Source: Eukaryota sp. GEM-RC1 (lineage: Eukaryota). From it: 64,000 nt of DNA. Under the pieces are notes generated by a model that had not been told where the DNA came from, searched no databases, and saw only the letters and a program-made list of their open reading frames with translations. Location: assembly GCA_040285855.1 (NCBI GenBank), contig JAUFOQ010000001.1, forward strand, positions 310,001 to 374,000, written 5' to 3'. Below, piece by piece: positions 40,029 through 52,382 of the stretch. The number at the start of each line of letters is the position of its first letter. The stretch's first letter is position 1. The position numbers and the translations under genes are program-made.

Positions 40029-40395
40029 TTATTGTTCAACATGTCCAATTATAAATAGACAATGGAGCTTGTTCTTCACCAGTAAACTGAAGTGTTCAAT
40101 ACCAACTGTGGATCCCAATTGGTTCACAATTCAGGTCAGCAATTGAATTGTTTAGTTGTACATTATGTTTGATAGTGATAAAACCAAAATCCACAAAGTT
40201 GTACAATTTGTTTCATCAAAATCCACAAGGTATTTTTGGGTTTCAACTTTATAAATATGGTACAATAAATTGCAGAAACTACAATTTGATATCAGTGAAG
40301 CAATGCCCATCAATACCAAATTTTACCACAGTTTTACCGTCATATAAAGAACTGAGTGCTATTAACGCTTTGGAAACGACAAAGGGAATTGTTTT
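40029..40395 (-). repeat. Dispersed repeat (also 59339-59710, partly 58330-58558); possibly the 3' end of a non-LTR retrotransposon
   Basis: Direct DNA similarity among the copies. Minus-strand translation (T.P...SKAL.A.SS.Y..K.VV.F...G.CF.DIK) is followed by non-coding sequence. The non-LTR assignment is inference. Confidence 0.55.
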
Positions 40396-40496
40396 GTTTG
40401 AACAAAATAATGAGTAAAACTTCAAATCCGGATGGTAACACACCTGATTGGTTAAGCACAGCCTGTAGTAGTAGAACATTGTTACTGGTTGCTACG

Positions 40497-40737
40497 TAAC
40501 GTGTTCCAAAAAATGTTGAACTGAATAAAAATGGTGTCGAAAAATATTGATTGGAAATACTGTTGGTGTATTTGTCAGGAGACTCAGAAGCTGCTCAACT
40601 TTGTTTCGGTATATTATAGTATATAAACAAACACCAACTTTCTCCCCGAAAAGTTGGTGGGAAACAAATTTGGTGCATTGGCTGAGATTTGTGCCAAAAA
40701 CCAATTTATTGGGTCCAACATTTTTCGAAACATGTTA
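40497..40737. mobile_element. Possible small MITE with imperfect TIRs
   Basis: taacgtgttccaaaaaatgttgaac...gtccaacatttttcgaaacatgtta, with TA at both ends. Confidence 0.4.
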
Positions 40738-41250
40738 TGGTCCATTTGTTTACAACTGCACTACGTTTGCCCGTATGTTTCTTGATCCTAGATTTATTTG
40801 GCAGAACACGTGTCCTAAGCTCAAGAACAGCGATCAGCTAAATAGTTACAAACAAATTTAATTAATGTGTTTAAAAACACTGATAATCGTACTCGTTCTT
40901 TTACTTCTGTTTTAATAGTACTTACAAAACTAACACATACCAAGACCCATTATTACACCTCATTGGAATCACTTCTTTGAACATTACTTTCCTTGTATCA
41001 GACAACAGAGGAAGAACACGCCCGTGATCTCTCTAATGTAGTAAGAACATGTGATGAGTAAAAGACCAACCCTTACAGAGGACAGGAAGAACAGAAGATT
41101 CTTCTTCGGTTATATCTGTGGACTTTAGTTCGACATCAAACAGCCTAGATCAAAGCAAAACAAGAGAACAAGAATCACAGAATGACTATTTTTGGACTCA
41201 GCGATTAATGATGTATCACAGTTAAGAAGTTGTTGAAAGAGTGGAAATGA

Positions 41251-43662
41251 ATGCGGCAGAACCCTCATACCAAAACAGTCTTGGCCATTCATGGACGATC
41301 TCCCAACTCCAACGATTCTGTGTCAAAACTCGATCAGTTCCGTGAATCTTCCTCTTTAACAGACGTCATTATCACACATGATGACCAAGAATTCCCTGTC
41401 CACAGAGTGATCGTCTCCCTTCACAGCTCCTTCCTTGATTCCTTACCCTGTCGTAGTAGAGGCTGTGCTGTATACGAAATCCCCAAATCCCCCACTGTTG
41501 ACGACTCTTTGGTCGATTCAGTTCTTCAAACTTTCTATGGCAAACCTCTCACAATCAACACCTCAAACATCACTCCTATCATCATCCTCGCTTCTCAACT
41601 CAACTACCCCGCGTTATCCGCAGCCTGTCAGTCTTGTCTTATCAATGGTTTGGCGACTGATTTTGTCTTCAAGCTGAATCCTTCAGATATTGTCCACAAG
41701 TTGAAGGAGAGTAGAACTGCTGACGTCATCATTAAGTTCAGAGGTACTAAGATTAAGGTTCGCTCAATGTTGCTCTGTTGTTGGTCTAAGTTCTTTGAGA
41801 ATAGAATTATTGGACCATTGGCTGAGGACAATGACGAGGACTACGATTTTACTCAGAAGTTTGGTTTTTCCGTTGAACTCTTTGAAAAGTTTCTTGACTT
41901 CGTCTATTGTCAGAGCATCGACCTCAATATCAATAACATTTTTGAATATTTCCATCTCGCTGTATATTTTCAAGTTGAGTGTCTGCAGAAATTTTGTGCC
42001 GATTTTCTATCCAGTTACTCATTGTCCATTGATGATGTCATCAATCTAATCAAAAAAGCTGGTGACGCGAATGACTTTTACTTTGTCAATAAGTTCAAAT
42101 CCATTCTTAGTAAAGTTTCTATTACCACTGATTCAACTCCAATTAGATTACCACTCAGTTTTATTGTCAATCTGTTGGAACTAATGGTTTTTAATAATCT
42201 TTATCTTCTGAAATGTGCAGTGTTTTCCTATGACTCAGAATCCTCTGCAAATGAAGAACTTATTTCAATTTTAAGAAACTTTCCTAATGGTATTTCATTT
42301 GATCAAATATTTGAAATTTTGACTGACTTATTTAATAATTCAAACTGTACACAAACCCTCTATGATTGGAGCTTAGAGATCTTGAAATCTGATAAAACCA
42401 CTACTAAATTACCATGTAAATGGTTCTTTTTCTTGGTAAAAACGGCAGATCTACTTCAAGATTCTAACACAATGTCGATTCTTTCCAGTTTGTTTCCCAA
42501 GTTCTTACAGTCTACTCCAATTGACAGTTTACCAGAACTTGTTTGTTCTCCAAAAACCTTCTCTCAATTATCCTCCAATGTTCTTCCTTCACATGTTTTG
42601 TGGTTTGCATCAAATCTAGTTAGTTCTTACAAGGATTCTAATTGGAATGTTGAAGAATTTGAAAATTGTTTTTATTCTTTAGATTTTAGTTCTACTCCAT
42701 TTAACCAACTAGTACAAGCATTAGCTCCTTTGAAATCAGAAAAGAATTAAGACGTTTTCTTTTGGAGTTTAATTCACTTGTAATTGTTCCAAAATTAATT
42801 CAAATTTCAGAAGAACAACGAATTGAAAATTTGACTTTAAAAGGAAATATTTGTGATCTGAAAATTACTATTAGTGATTTGTCTCGTTCACATTCCTCTG
42901 AAGTCAAGAACTTACATGAATCCTTTGGAGTCCCGAATAACTACATTGTCTAATAGAGTTTCGTCACTTCAATCTGAAAAAGAACTTGAGTTATCCCAGA
43001 CTCAAGAGCTATTCCAAAATTTAAATGAGATGTCCATGAAGATTAATAGTATAACAACTGATATTCAGAAATTAACTACTACAAATTCTTATTCACTTAA
43101 CGAAATTTCCAAATTGAAAACCGAAGTTGAAGAAATTAAAAACCCAGTTACAGAAACTCAACTGGTGTCTCAATCAGCTCCTCAATCAAAAAAGATTAGA
43201 TTCTCTCAAACTAGGAAACATTCTCAGTTACAAGTTAGTGGGAATGGAAAGAGAGTTGTTCATGTAAATTGTAATGGGCATACAAATATCTTGGGAGAAG
43301 ATCCACTTCTTCCAGGTAATGTTTATTCTTGGAAGTTGAGGTACCAGGGGAATACCACTGCTCTTGTTGTTGGAGTTATTGACGAGTCAAAGTTTAGAGT
43401 TGATGTTAAGTGTGAACAGAATGCTCATGGTTGTCGCAATAATCGTTCTGTTTATGGTTGTCTCTCAGGAAACACGTCTCAGTGGAATCCTGGTGAATTA
43501 CTCGAAGTCAGTGTAAATCTAATTAATTACACTTTATCCATCAATTCGGTGAGTAGTTCTTCAATTAATCTTACTGGAACTCTTACCCGGTTAAGTAGTG
43601 GTAATTATTTTCCTTATGCTTTGTTATTTTGTTGTGACCATGTACTCGAAATTGTTGAATAA
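41251..43662 (+). CDS. Tandem BTB/POZ - helical - coiled coil - SPRY/B30.2 protein (~803 aa if two compensating frameshifts are errors)
   Basis: BTB1 (TDVIITHDDQEFPVHRVIVSLHSSF), BTB2 (ADVIIKFRGTKIKVRSMLLCCWSKFF), heptad region, SPRY (YSWKLRY...VVGVID...GELLEVSVNL...YFPYA). A -1 shift in an A-run (~42742) and a +1 shift in a T-run (~42925); first and last ORFs share a frame. Confidence 0.8.
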
Positions 43663-44439
43663 AGTCAAAACATTCTCAAACGTTCTTACTCTTTTGATAA
43701 CAAATTTACTTTTCTTTAAAAATATTTAAAAATATATTAAAAATATGTACAATTGTTTTTGAATTAACTGCGATAGTATATGACATTTAAATTGATTTTA
43801 GAAGCTAATTTAGTGTACTGACATTAGCGTTGTCGGTATTGCTTCTTTTGACATATATCACATTTAAAAAACCCGGCATTATACAGAACAATATACTGAT
43901 CTTTGTTCCGTTCGGTGCCTAAGTTCTTTAAATCAATTTTCACAAAGTTGTATAAAAACTTTGGTACTGTTGACCAGGAATTTTCGGTGTCTAGTGTTTC
44001 ATAGCTTTTATTATGATATGTATTTTTGTACCCTCCATCAATAAACTGTCTTCATATACTGATTCGAATGACGTTTATGAAATCAATCAATCCCAATTAT
44101 ATGGTCTCATGTTTAGTCAACATTGATTACATCTTGTTTTGTTCTTTTTTTAAAAGACCCCTGTTAGTGAAAATGACGATACCTAGTAGATATCTTCACC
44201 TCTGATGACGTGGCATCTATTCTTAAGGATCTTCAGCAACAATAAACACTTCTTTTTTTCATTTGTATCATAGTTGACCTTACGGCAACACACCATAGTG
44301 TACATGCAAAGATCTTTGTTTTCATTCGAACGTAAACTGTTTGAGTTATAGTGGAACATGTGATATAGAAGTGTCACCACAGTCAAATGGTTAGAATATG
44401 TGTTAATTCTGGTAGAAACATAGTGCAAGTAAAGGGTTA

Positions 44440-44780
44440 TGGATGCCTTAGTGTTTTTAATACTTGCAGTAGCACCTGCCACCATATCATAGTACAGAAA
44501 ACATTGGGCCTTCAGGTGAGTCGAATTGATCCAACACTTCTGTGATGACATGTTCTTCATAATCACCAACTGCAACTTGTTGGTGGATGCCATGATCTGA
44601 TGGAAGATGAGAGTGGCAATTCCATCTACGAGATTGCATTGATGTACACTATCATCAGAGCCAGATACCAGGTTCTTGATTTTCATAGATGATGATGAAG
44701 AGATCTAAATGACCAGGACTAAGCCAGAGTGTTTACCATGAAGCGTAGTAGCAGTCCTGGAGGATCTTAAACCACACTCC
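44440..44780 (-). mobile_element. Gypsy integrase C-terminus/chromodomain relic
   Basis: Across frames: LHGKHSG...KIKNLVSG...SVHQC...EEHVITEVLDQFDSPEG...SIKNTKA, matching the C-termini at 47380 and 16979. Confidence 0.75.
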
Positions 44781-45979
44781 CTCAAGAAGAAACTGCTTGA
44801 CGAATTCAAAATGAATTTTATTGGCAACAATTGGCAGTCTGATAGTCAGAAAGAACGCTGTAAACACTTCACTAGATATTTGCGAAGCAACACGCTTATT
44901 CCCAAATCAAAACCACATAAAGAAGAATAACTTCCGCAGCTATAGCTCCAAAAGGAACTTCATGTCCCAACGCTGCGAACAGCCAAAGACTGCCAGCTAA
45001 CAAACTGAAAGTCGCAATCACAAATCATGCTCCTTCTGCAAAAAGGAGGTACGTGTTATCGAGTACCTCTGACAAGTCCAGATTTTTTTGATAGCAACGT
45101 TACAAAAGCAACTGTTACTGATGTACAGTATTGAATCAACTATTGAAGAAATTGTTATGGATCATTTTTATGTCCAATAAAAGCTCAAACAGATTAATGA
45201 AGTTGGTGGAAGAAATTAATCAAATTCTTGTTCTTTATGATCACAGTTATGCAGTTACTCTCCTTACTGAAGATACACAATATATAAGGTAAGATATCAA
45301 ATTGGACAACATGATAACATTAAGGTAATTTTGCATTACAGGTCAATATTCTATTTGCTTTATGAGGAGAAGATGGTTTTTGTGTTTCAGCATTTGTGTT
45401 GCAAATGCGCCAAATTTTCTCAAGACTTATCCCATTATTTGAAGAAAATGTTTCTGAACATATCATTTCTTCATATTACAATGAAAGCCATATTAAGTGT
45501 TTCATAATTTGTTCCTCTCTAGATGTAACATCATGTGAATCAATTCTTGTAATTGTTTGATGTCAATGATTCGTTCTTCTTTGTATCAAAACTTTCCTAA
45601 ACACAGTGTAATCAGCGATTGAGACGGTGTCTGCAACAACACAGATATCGAACGCAAATTTCTGCTTTTTCACTCATCATTGATAGACCAATTCTTACCC
45701 AACGTCTACGGATACTTTGAAAAACTCGTAAGTCTGTGCGTACTCAAACTGGACAACTTGTTTCAGTTTTATCAACGGATGACCAAACATTTTCTGGATG
45801 ATCGAAGGTTCAAAATATTTGTATATTTCACAATTACTCGAAAACCAATCAACGTGGTTTCCAGATCCCAAACGATCAAAAATTCATGTCTGTCGCTTTT
45901 CTGTCTCCATTGAATGACACAACAAATTGGACACATAGCTTCATTTTTTATGTAATAAACATACCATTGTCTCATGAAT

Positions 45980-46330
45980 GGTAATGTGTATACGTGGAAG
46001 ATGAAGAACCACGGGACTACTCGTGGTCTTTTTGTTGGAGTCATTGACGAGTCAAAGTTTGTAGTTGATGGTTATTGTTTTCAGAATACTCACTGTTTCC
46101 ACAATAATGGTATCAACGTTTATGGTTGTTTCTCAGGAATGACCCGCAAGTGAAATCCTGGTGAATTACTCGAAATCAACGCAAATCTAGTTTTCTACAC
46201 TTCAATAATCAAATCAGTGAGTAATTCGTCAATTAATCTTACTGGAACTCTTCCCAGATTAAGCAGTGGTAATTATTATCCATTTGCCTTGTTACGTTAT
46301 AGTGATCATGTACTTGAAATCGTTGAATAA
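45980..46330 (+). pseudogene. Orphan SPRY/B30.2 pseudogene fragment
   Basis: GNVYTWK...LFVGVIDESKF...*NPGELLEINANL...NYYPFALLRYSDHVLEIVE*, with W->TGA at ~46151. Confidence 0.85.
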
Positions 46331-47288
46331 AGTTGATAACATTGTCACTGTGGGTAAGTCTCCTCATTAAAAGCAGTGATTCAAATTAATTTACGACTTC
46401 TGAAGCTAATCCGAGTAGAAGACGTCACTTATTTATAAATTGCTTATGGTTGACGAATTGATGATGAACCATAGCCTGATTTTTTTATTGTAAAACTCAT
46501 TTATTTGTATAAACATTAACATTAATTATATTTTCAAGACTTAGTGTTTATTTTCAACAATAATTAACACATACTAATTCAGAAAATGGAAGAGGTTAAA
46601 TTCTTTACATCAGCACGAGAATTATCTCTATACAACTTCGAATAAATGGAACTTAATTACTTGGGAATACTTCTATAAAGAGCAAACATAATTCGATGAA
46701 TCCAAACAGCGCTATTAAACACATTGCTATTAGAACGACATAGAAGACTACAATCGATGAACAACTTTAATCCGGCTGGACCAATATTACCAAAAATTGC
46801 AAATGAATTATGTTTTATATACCTTTCTCGATACACATAAACAATCCAAGCTCTTGTTTTCTCCTTACACTCTTTTGGTATTATCTACATCTACCTTGTC
46901 AGTTTCTCTGTGTTGTAGATATGCTTAGACATGTTCTAATATTATCACTGTCAAATACACCTTAAGGTTGTCCTATTTGTTTCAGCCTGTCTCTTTCTAC
47001 TAGCAGTGCTACAATTGGTATGTCATCGTCGTCGTTAAACTTCATTTGATGTAAACCCTGATTTAAACTTCCACTTCGAATAATGCATATTTAGGAATCA
47101 CTATAAATTGTACTAATCGCAAATTGCAATCAATGATCTTTGGTGTGATATCGTTTGATCATCCCCACAATGTAAGTCAATTGTCATAGACTTTGGAAAC
47201 ATGTTTTAAAGAATTTGACATCCGCCTAGTGATATCATTCACAGTCCGAGGTTATCAAACGACATCATTAAGATCAGTGAGAGTACAG

Positions 47289-47379
47289 TGATACCGTTTG
47301 GCTACAAAGGGTAGGGAAAAGATGTTGATAAATAAAATAATATGATCTTGTAACACTTCACTAACACCTGTGGCTAACA
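47289..47379 (-). repeat. 3' LTR (91 bp)
   Basis: Direct repeat of 54032-54122, immediately after the pol stop codon. Confidence 0.95.
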
Positions 47380-48690
47380 TTACCTCTTCTCTTCTTTCGA
47401 GCTCCTAGTTCTCTTTGCTACAGGTGTCTTAACTTTGGAAGACGTCTTAGGAGTACTCTTACTACTGGAGGTACGTTTAAGCTTAGTGTTGTTATTACTA
47501 GACCTGTTTCTATTGTTACGAAATAAATCTAAATTGTCTAATTTTACAAAGTCACTATACGCTTTGGTGTTCTTGATGTCCTTGATGGGAACTGATGAAG
47601 TATCACCACCAAACCAAAGTACAGTGCAGAATTCACCATCGAGTGTATCAAACCTATCTAGGATCTTAACCACGATGTGTTCTTCAGAATCCCCAGAAGC
47701 AATTGCTCTGTGGAGATCATGATCAGCAGGCAGATCTGATTGAAAGATCTTACATTGATGAATGCTAGTCTTACTAACATATCCAGTGATCAGATTCTTT
47801 AATGAAACAGAAGATTTTGAATCAACTGAGACAACTAGAAAAGGTCCAGTGTAGTTTCCATGGAGCTTACTAGTTTTGGCGACCTTTAACACAAGATCTC
47901 CAATCTTAAATGATTGACTAGTGTTAAACTTCTTCTTAGGCTTGAGTACTGATTGACGATCATCTGCCTCTTCTCTTTTTTTCGTTAAACGTTCTAGTTT
48001 CATTTTAATGTCGTTAATAAACGGAACATTCTTTGTCGATTTCTCAACAGCATCTAGTAAACCACTAGGATCTGCACCAGGACTTATGTCACTACCAAAC
48101 ATCAGTTCGTAAGGAGTATGCCCAGTTATTGAACTCTTTGTTGCGTTGATCTGCAACTGTACAGTTGGAATGTACGTTGACCAATTGTCATAATCATTGA
48201 AGTCCACAAGGAGACGACGTAGGCTTTGCAGAACGTCTCTGTGACGTCGTTCCACCAGTCCATTACTCTGGGAGAAATGAGGAATCGAACGACTTACTTC
48301 AATCGCCAGTAGGTTACATATTGCCTCGAAAATAGCATTGGCAAACTCCGTACCATTATCACTATGGATACAAAACGGTATTCCAAAGATAGCAATCACA
48401 TCCCACACAAGACGATATGCTACTTCTCTACTGTTAAGTTCTTCGAGGGGGCTCAAAATGGTGTATCTGGTGAAAGAATCTACAAACACCAATAGGAATT
48501 GGTTTCCATTTTGATCTTTTGGAAGTGGACCGATTGTGTCGACATTAAGTCTAGCAAAAGGTCTATCAGCCCATAGAGAACCCGTCGATTCAATTATTTT
48601 TTTAGGAATAGGTGCCGTTTTCTGACACGCAGGGCATTGCTGAACATGTTTTATCATGTCAGCTTTCATACTCTGGCCAAAAGTAACCAC
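47380..48690 (-). CDS. Integrase + degenerate chromodomain (pol C-terminal part)
   Basis: CPACQ, NVDTIGP, HSDNG, NGLVER, GPF, HIVVKILDRF...VLWFGG. Confidence 0.9.
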   Translation of the reverse strand: MVTFGQSMKADMIKHVQQCPACQKTAPIPKKIIESTGSLWADRPFARLNVDTIGPLPKDQNGNQFLLVFVDSFTRYTILSPLEELNSREVAYRLVWDVIAIFGIPFCIHSDNGTEFANAIFEAICNLLAIEVSRSIPHFSQSNGLVERRHRDVLQSLRRLLVDFNDYDNWSTYIPTVQLQINATKSSITGHTPYELMFGSDISPGADPSGLLDAVEKSTKNVPFINDIKMKLERLTKKREEADDRQSVLKPKKKFNTSQSFKIGDLVLKVAKTSKLHGNYTGPFLVVSVDSKSSVSLKNLITGYVSKTSIHQCKIFQSDLPADHDLHRAIASGDSEEHIVVKILDRFDTLDGEFCTVLWFGGDTSSVPIKDIKNTKAYSDFVKLDNLDLFRNNRNRSSNNNTKLKRTSSSKSTPKTSSKVKTPVAKRTRSSKEEKR

Positions 48691-50809
48691 TATTGAACAA
48701 TGTTTCCAAACTTCGTTTCTTGTTTGGGTGTCCTGACTGGACTAAGCCATGTAGCATGTAAAGAACTTTCTTTATTAAGCTAGATGGAATCAAAATCTTG
48801 TTCTTTGAGTTCATGTATACATTACTCATTGTACACAACGTTGAACCATTAAACAGTTGATCTCCTTGTTCTATCGCTTTAGATTGTTCTGACCTAATGG
48901 TGGATAACCAAGAGTCAAATAAAGGAAGTTTATTGTCTGTTGAGAGATTACGAAGACACTTGATAGCTAATACGTTGGAGTCACGTGGAAGCATCTCAAC
49001 ATAGTCTGCATCATCATAAAGTAAGCCTTCATGAGAAAGGGTTAAATCACTTTTGATGGAAAGATTTGAGATCGTTAAAGATTTGATTGTTTCAACTGGG
49101 CGTCGGTCAATAACACGTGACAGCATGTCAGCCCATTGATTGTTTGTACCAGCTACATGTACTATCTCAAAATCAAACTCTGAGAAAATTGGAATCCATC
49201 GTTTGACAATACGATTCTTTTCTGGAGCAGATATAAGATAAGCAAGGTTCCTATGATCAGTAAAGATCGTCAAGTGCCTACTTAACAGAAAACCTTCTAA
49301 ACTAGATTCGGTCAGAATCAAAAGAATGGTATACAGCTCTTTCTGGATAGCTGCCCAATTCTGTTGACTATCATTGAGTAAACGGCTATAAAAAGATACA
49401 GGTCTAACTCTACGTTCTTCTAACGGAGTTCCTGGAGGAGCTGGAGGATTTTCTTCCTGCCAGATCACACCACCAACAGCAATGTCGGATGCATCTGTGG
49501 ATATGATAATGTTATTATCAGTATCAGGTAAGTCTAAAGCCATATGGTTTATAATCTCAGACTTTAGTTGAGTTAATAGAGCATCATGGTCTTTTGTCCA
49601 AACAATTTTCTTGGGTTTACCACGAGTCAGTTTATTGATTGATGCAGTCAAGTTCGAATAATTCGGAATCCACTCACGAACATAATTCAAAGCACCAAGT
49701 AAACTTCTAACTTCAGGTAAGGTTGAAGGAGCAGGTAACTCAATCAACGCCGAAACTCTTTTATCATCTATGCAACGGGTTTTATTACAAAAGTTGCTGC
49801 CCAGAATCTTATTAGGATGTCTAGAAGTGGTGAACCTACACTTCTTCAATCCAATCCGTACTCTAAAACGTTCTGCTCGTTCCAGTACTAGATTTATTCT
49901 TGAAATAAACTCTTGAAAGGTATTGCCTACAACAATTATATCATCAATATAAATGAAAACACCTTCGACATTGAAAATTTCCATCATGATGTTTTGAAAA
50001 ATTGCTGGTACGTTTTTCAATCCAAAACATGCTCGTTTAAAGCTAATAGACATTCCAGGTATAGACACACTGGTCTTCTCGACATCTTCTTCAGCTACAT
50101 TTAGCTGCCAGAATGCTTTAGGAAGGTCAAGTGTTCCAATGAAATTAGCTTTCGAAAGAAACTCTAGAACATCACAGATCCGTGGTAAATTTGGTTTCAC
50201 CGGTCTGGTATTAGCATTAATCCCATCAAGTCCACTGAAATCTCCAGTTAAACGAGGCTTACGGTGATCATTATAAACCACCAAGACTATGGGACTGCTG
50301 AACTTACCAGTTGATGGTACGGCCCATCCTTGTCGTATAAGTTCATTAAAAATTTCTTCGGCTATACGCTGTTTTTCAGGGTTAAGCCTTCTAGGAGGAC
50401 GAAATACAGTGACACTTTCATCATAGAATGGAATTGTCATGGGTGGACAATCAATACCATCAGGATGTATATCTTCTGAAAAGACTTGTTTGTATTTACT
50501 GAGTAGGCTCAGAAGCTCCGTTCTTCTTGTAAAATCATCCAATTCTATCGTGCAACCAGAGTTGTCAATGGTTTCTTCGAACAGATCTATATCTAATTGA
50601 GTGTTACCGTACTGATCAATAGTAAAATGTGTTGAATTTGGTTTTATTGAACATTTTGATTGAACTCTATTAATCGAAATTGATGGAGACCTCATTCTCT
50701 CATCAAATTCACTCTCTGCATTGAGAATAGTGCTATGTTCTTTATCTAATCTAATGACTAGACCATCATCCGAAAGCAACCCCCAGTTCTTCTTGCAAGT
50801 CTCTACCAA
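48659..50809 (-). CDS. Reverse transcriptase + RNase H (pol middle part)
   Basis: SSPIVLV, KPRLTGDF, LDLPKAFWQL, CFGLKNVP, YIDD, STDASD, KELY, FTDHRNL, ADMLSR. Confidence 0.92.
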   Translation of the reverse strand: MVETCKKNWGLLSDDGLVIRLDKEHSTILNAESEFDERMRSPSISINRVQSKCSIKPNSTHFTIDQYGNTQLDIDLFEETIDNSGCTIELDDFTRRTELLSLLSKYKQVFSEDIHPDGIDCPPMTIPFYDESVTVFRPPRRLNPEKQRIAEEIFNELIRQGWAVPSTGKFSSPIVLVVYNDHRKPRLTGDFSGLDGINANTRPVKPNLPRICDVLEFLSKANFIGTLDLPKAFWQLNVAEEDVEKTSVSIPGMSISFKRACFGLKNVPAIFQNIMMEIFNVEGVFIYIDDIIVVGNTFQEFISRINLVLERAERFRVRIGLKKCRFTTSRHPNKILGSNFCNKTRCIDDKRVSALIELPAPSTLPEVRSLLGALNYVREWIPNYSNLTASINKLTRGKPKKIVWTKDHDALLTQLKSEIINHMALDLPDTDNNIIISTDASDIAVGGVIWQEENPPAPPGTPLEERRVRPVSFYSRLLNDSQQNWAAIQKELYTILLILTESSLEGFLLSRHLTIFTDHRNLAYLISAPEKNRIVKRWIPIFSEFDFEIVHVAGTNNQWADMLSRVIDRRPVETIKSLTISNLSIKSDLTLSHEGLLYDDADYVEMLPRDSNVLAIKCLRNLSTDNKLPLFDSWLSTIRSEQSKAIEQGDQLFNGSTLCTMSNVYMNSKNKILIPSSLIKKVLYMLHGLVQSGHPNKKRSLETLFNSGYFWPEYES

Positions 50810-52382
50810 TGAGGAGAATTTTTGTTCCTGGAACTACTGGTAGAGTATGCTTAACATGAATCTGGTTGGCCAAGCTGCCAACGTTGAACGTCAGAACACA
50901 TATTGCACTACCTAAGGAAGTAGCACGAATATTATTCGCTGAGATGTATTCAATACAACTATCAGTAGTTGTCATCTCACAGTAGCGTATCAAATCTTGA
51001 GAAATGACTGAACATGATGCTGCTGAGTCAAATTCTCCTACTACTGGTACATTGTTGATTAACAATCGAATACATAAAGGACCCTTACCTTTAGAATCGA
51101 ACCCTAGGTTCTGGTTGAGACTACGAATTGTTTCAACAGATGATGTACTTCTACCCTTGCTTGAATGTGTGTTCAAAGCAGCCAATGGGTTCATGTACTT
51201 ATGAGGTGTAGTGTGATTATCTCTAGATGTGTTATTTGTTGCAAGTCTGAAAATATAGTTATTCTGTTGTTTATTGGAACTAAAACGACGACTAAAAGAT
51301 TGACTACGACTGTCACCTGATCTACGTTTGTTGGACTTCTTATCACTGTCAGATTGAGGTTTTGATCTACAATCAGTGGAGTAATGGCCCATTTTTCCAC
51401 AGTTAAAACATTTAACCGTAGACTTAACAACTCCAGGTGTACCATGAGATTGAGAATGGGGCTTGTTTGCGGTATTTGGTCGATTTCTTCGATTTCTAGA
51501 AGGAAAACGACTGGAACTAGTGGATAAGGACTTCACAGCTGTGGAACGCTTGTAGGTAGTCCAGATCGATCTAACTTCTTGGAAGAATTGAGGTAGCTTA
51601 TCATCCTCAGTTTTGAGACGATGATCCCATCTAAGAACAAGTTCATTCAAAGCAATAATTCCTTTGTCAGGATTCAGTGTTTCTAACATCAACTCGGCTA
51701 CTGTGGAAGCAGGGACCTTTGTTCGGACAGTTTCATCACTCGACGTAGCTATTATCGCCATGGAACATTTGAGAACGCTAATTACGCCACGGAGGTATCG
51801 GTCAAAGCACTCAGCAGGGTCTTTGGAGGTACCCAATCTTATTTCTTTAATTGCATCAATGGCTGTTGTAGTTGATGAGTATTGACTCTTGTTAATCAAT
51901 AAACGCCAGATGTTTTGTTCAAGTACCTGACTACTGTTGTTGGTACCAATCAAATCTAACATTTTCCAATCATTCAAAGTTGTTTGATCTATGAAATGAC
52001 TAATGCCAGCTGGATCAATTTCACACAATGCTGTCCTAGCAAGGTCGAATTTGTTCAAAGGAGTACCAATCCAGAGGTCATAATCGAAACGTTCAGTTTG
52101 TTTTCTGACATGAATGGCCCAATGAAAGAAGTCATGAATAAACTTCACAACCTCATAACGAGTGTCGTTTTTCAAGAACGGCTCTCTGTCTTTTTTCTTC
52201 TTGATCTTCTTGGGAGGAGTCACACCAGATGAGAGAATAACAGAATCATGAAGGACATTGTCAGGACGTTCATCTTCAGAGGATTGACTAAGATCGATGT
52301 GATTTTCAATCGATGGAGACAAATCAGGAAACTTGTTTGATTGTCTATCTCTTTCTGCTTTGGTTTTGTTGGCTTCCAGCAA
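50766..52382 (-). CDS. Gag core with CCHC zinc knuckle + aspartic protease
   Basis: CFNCGKMGHYSTDC; FDSAASCS...LLIGRD. Confidence 0.85.
   Translation of the reverse strand: MLEANKTKAERDRQSNKFPDLSPSIENHIDLSQSSEDERPDNVLHDSVILSSGVTPPKKIKKKKDREPFLKNDTRYEVVKFIHDFFHWAIHVRKQTERFDYDLWIGTPLNKFDLARTALCEIDPAGISHFIDQTTLNDWKMLDLIGTNNSSQVLEQNIWRLLINKSQYSSTTTAIDAIKEIRLGTSKDPAECFDRYLRGVISVLKCSMAIIATSSDETVRTKVPASTVAELMLETLNPDKGIIALNELVLRWDHRLKTEDDKLPQFFQEVRSIWTTYKRSTAVKSLSTSSSRFPSRNRRNRPNTANKPHSQSHGTPGVVKSTVKCFNCGKMGHYSTDCRSKPQSDSDKKSNKRRSGDSRSQSFSRRFSSNKQQNNYIFRLATNNTSRDNHTTPHKYMNPLAALNTHSSKGRSTSSVETIRSLNQNLGFDSKGKGPLCIRLLINNVPVVGEFDSAASCSVISQDLIRYCEMTTTDSCIEYISANNIRATSLGSAICVLTFNVGSLANQIHVKHTLPVVPGTKILLIGRDLQEELGVAFG

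Noticed and set aside
44183..44686. 167-aa ORF as a host gene
   Set aside because: It is a frame-scrambled gypsy integrase/chromodomain relic.
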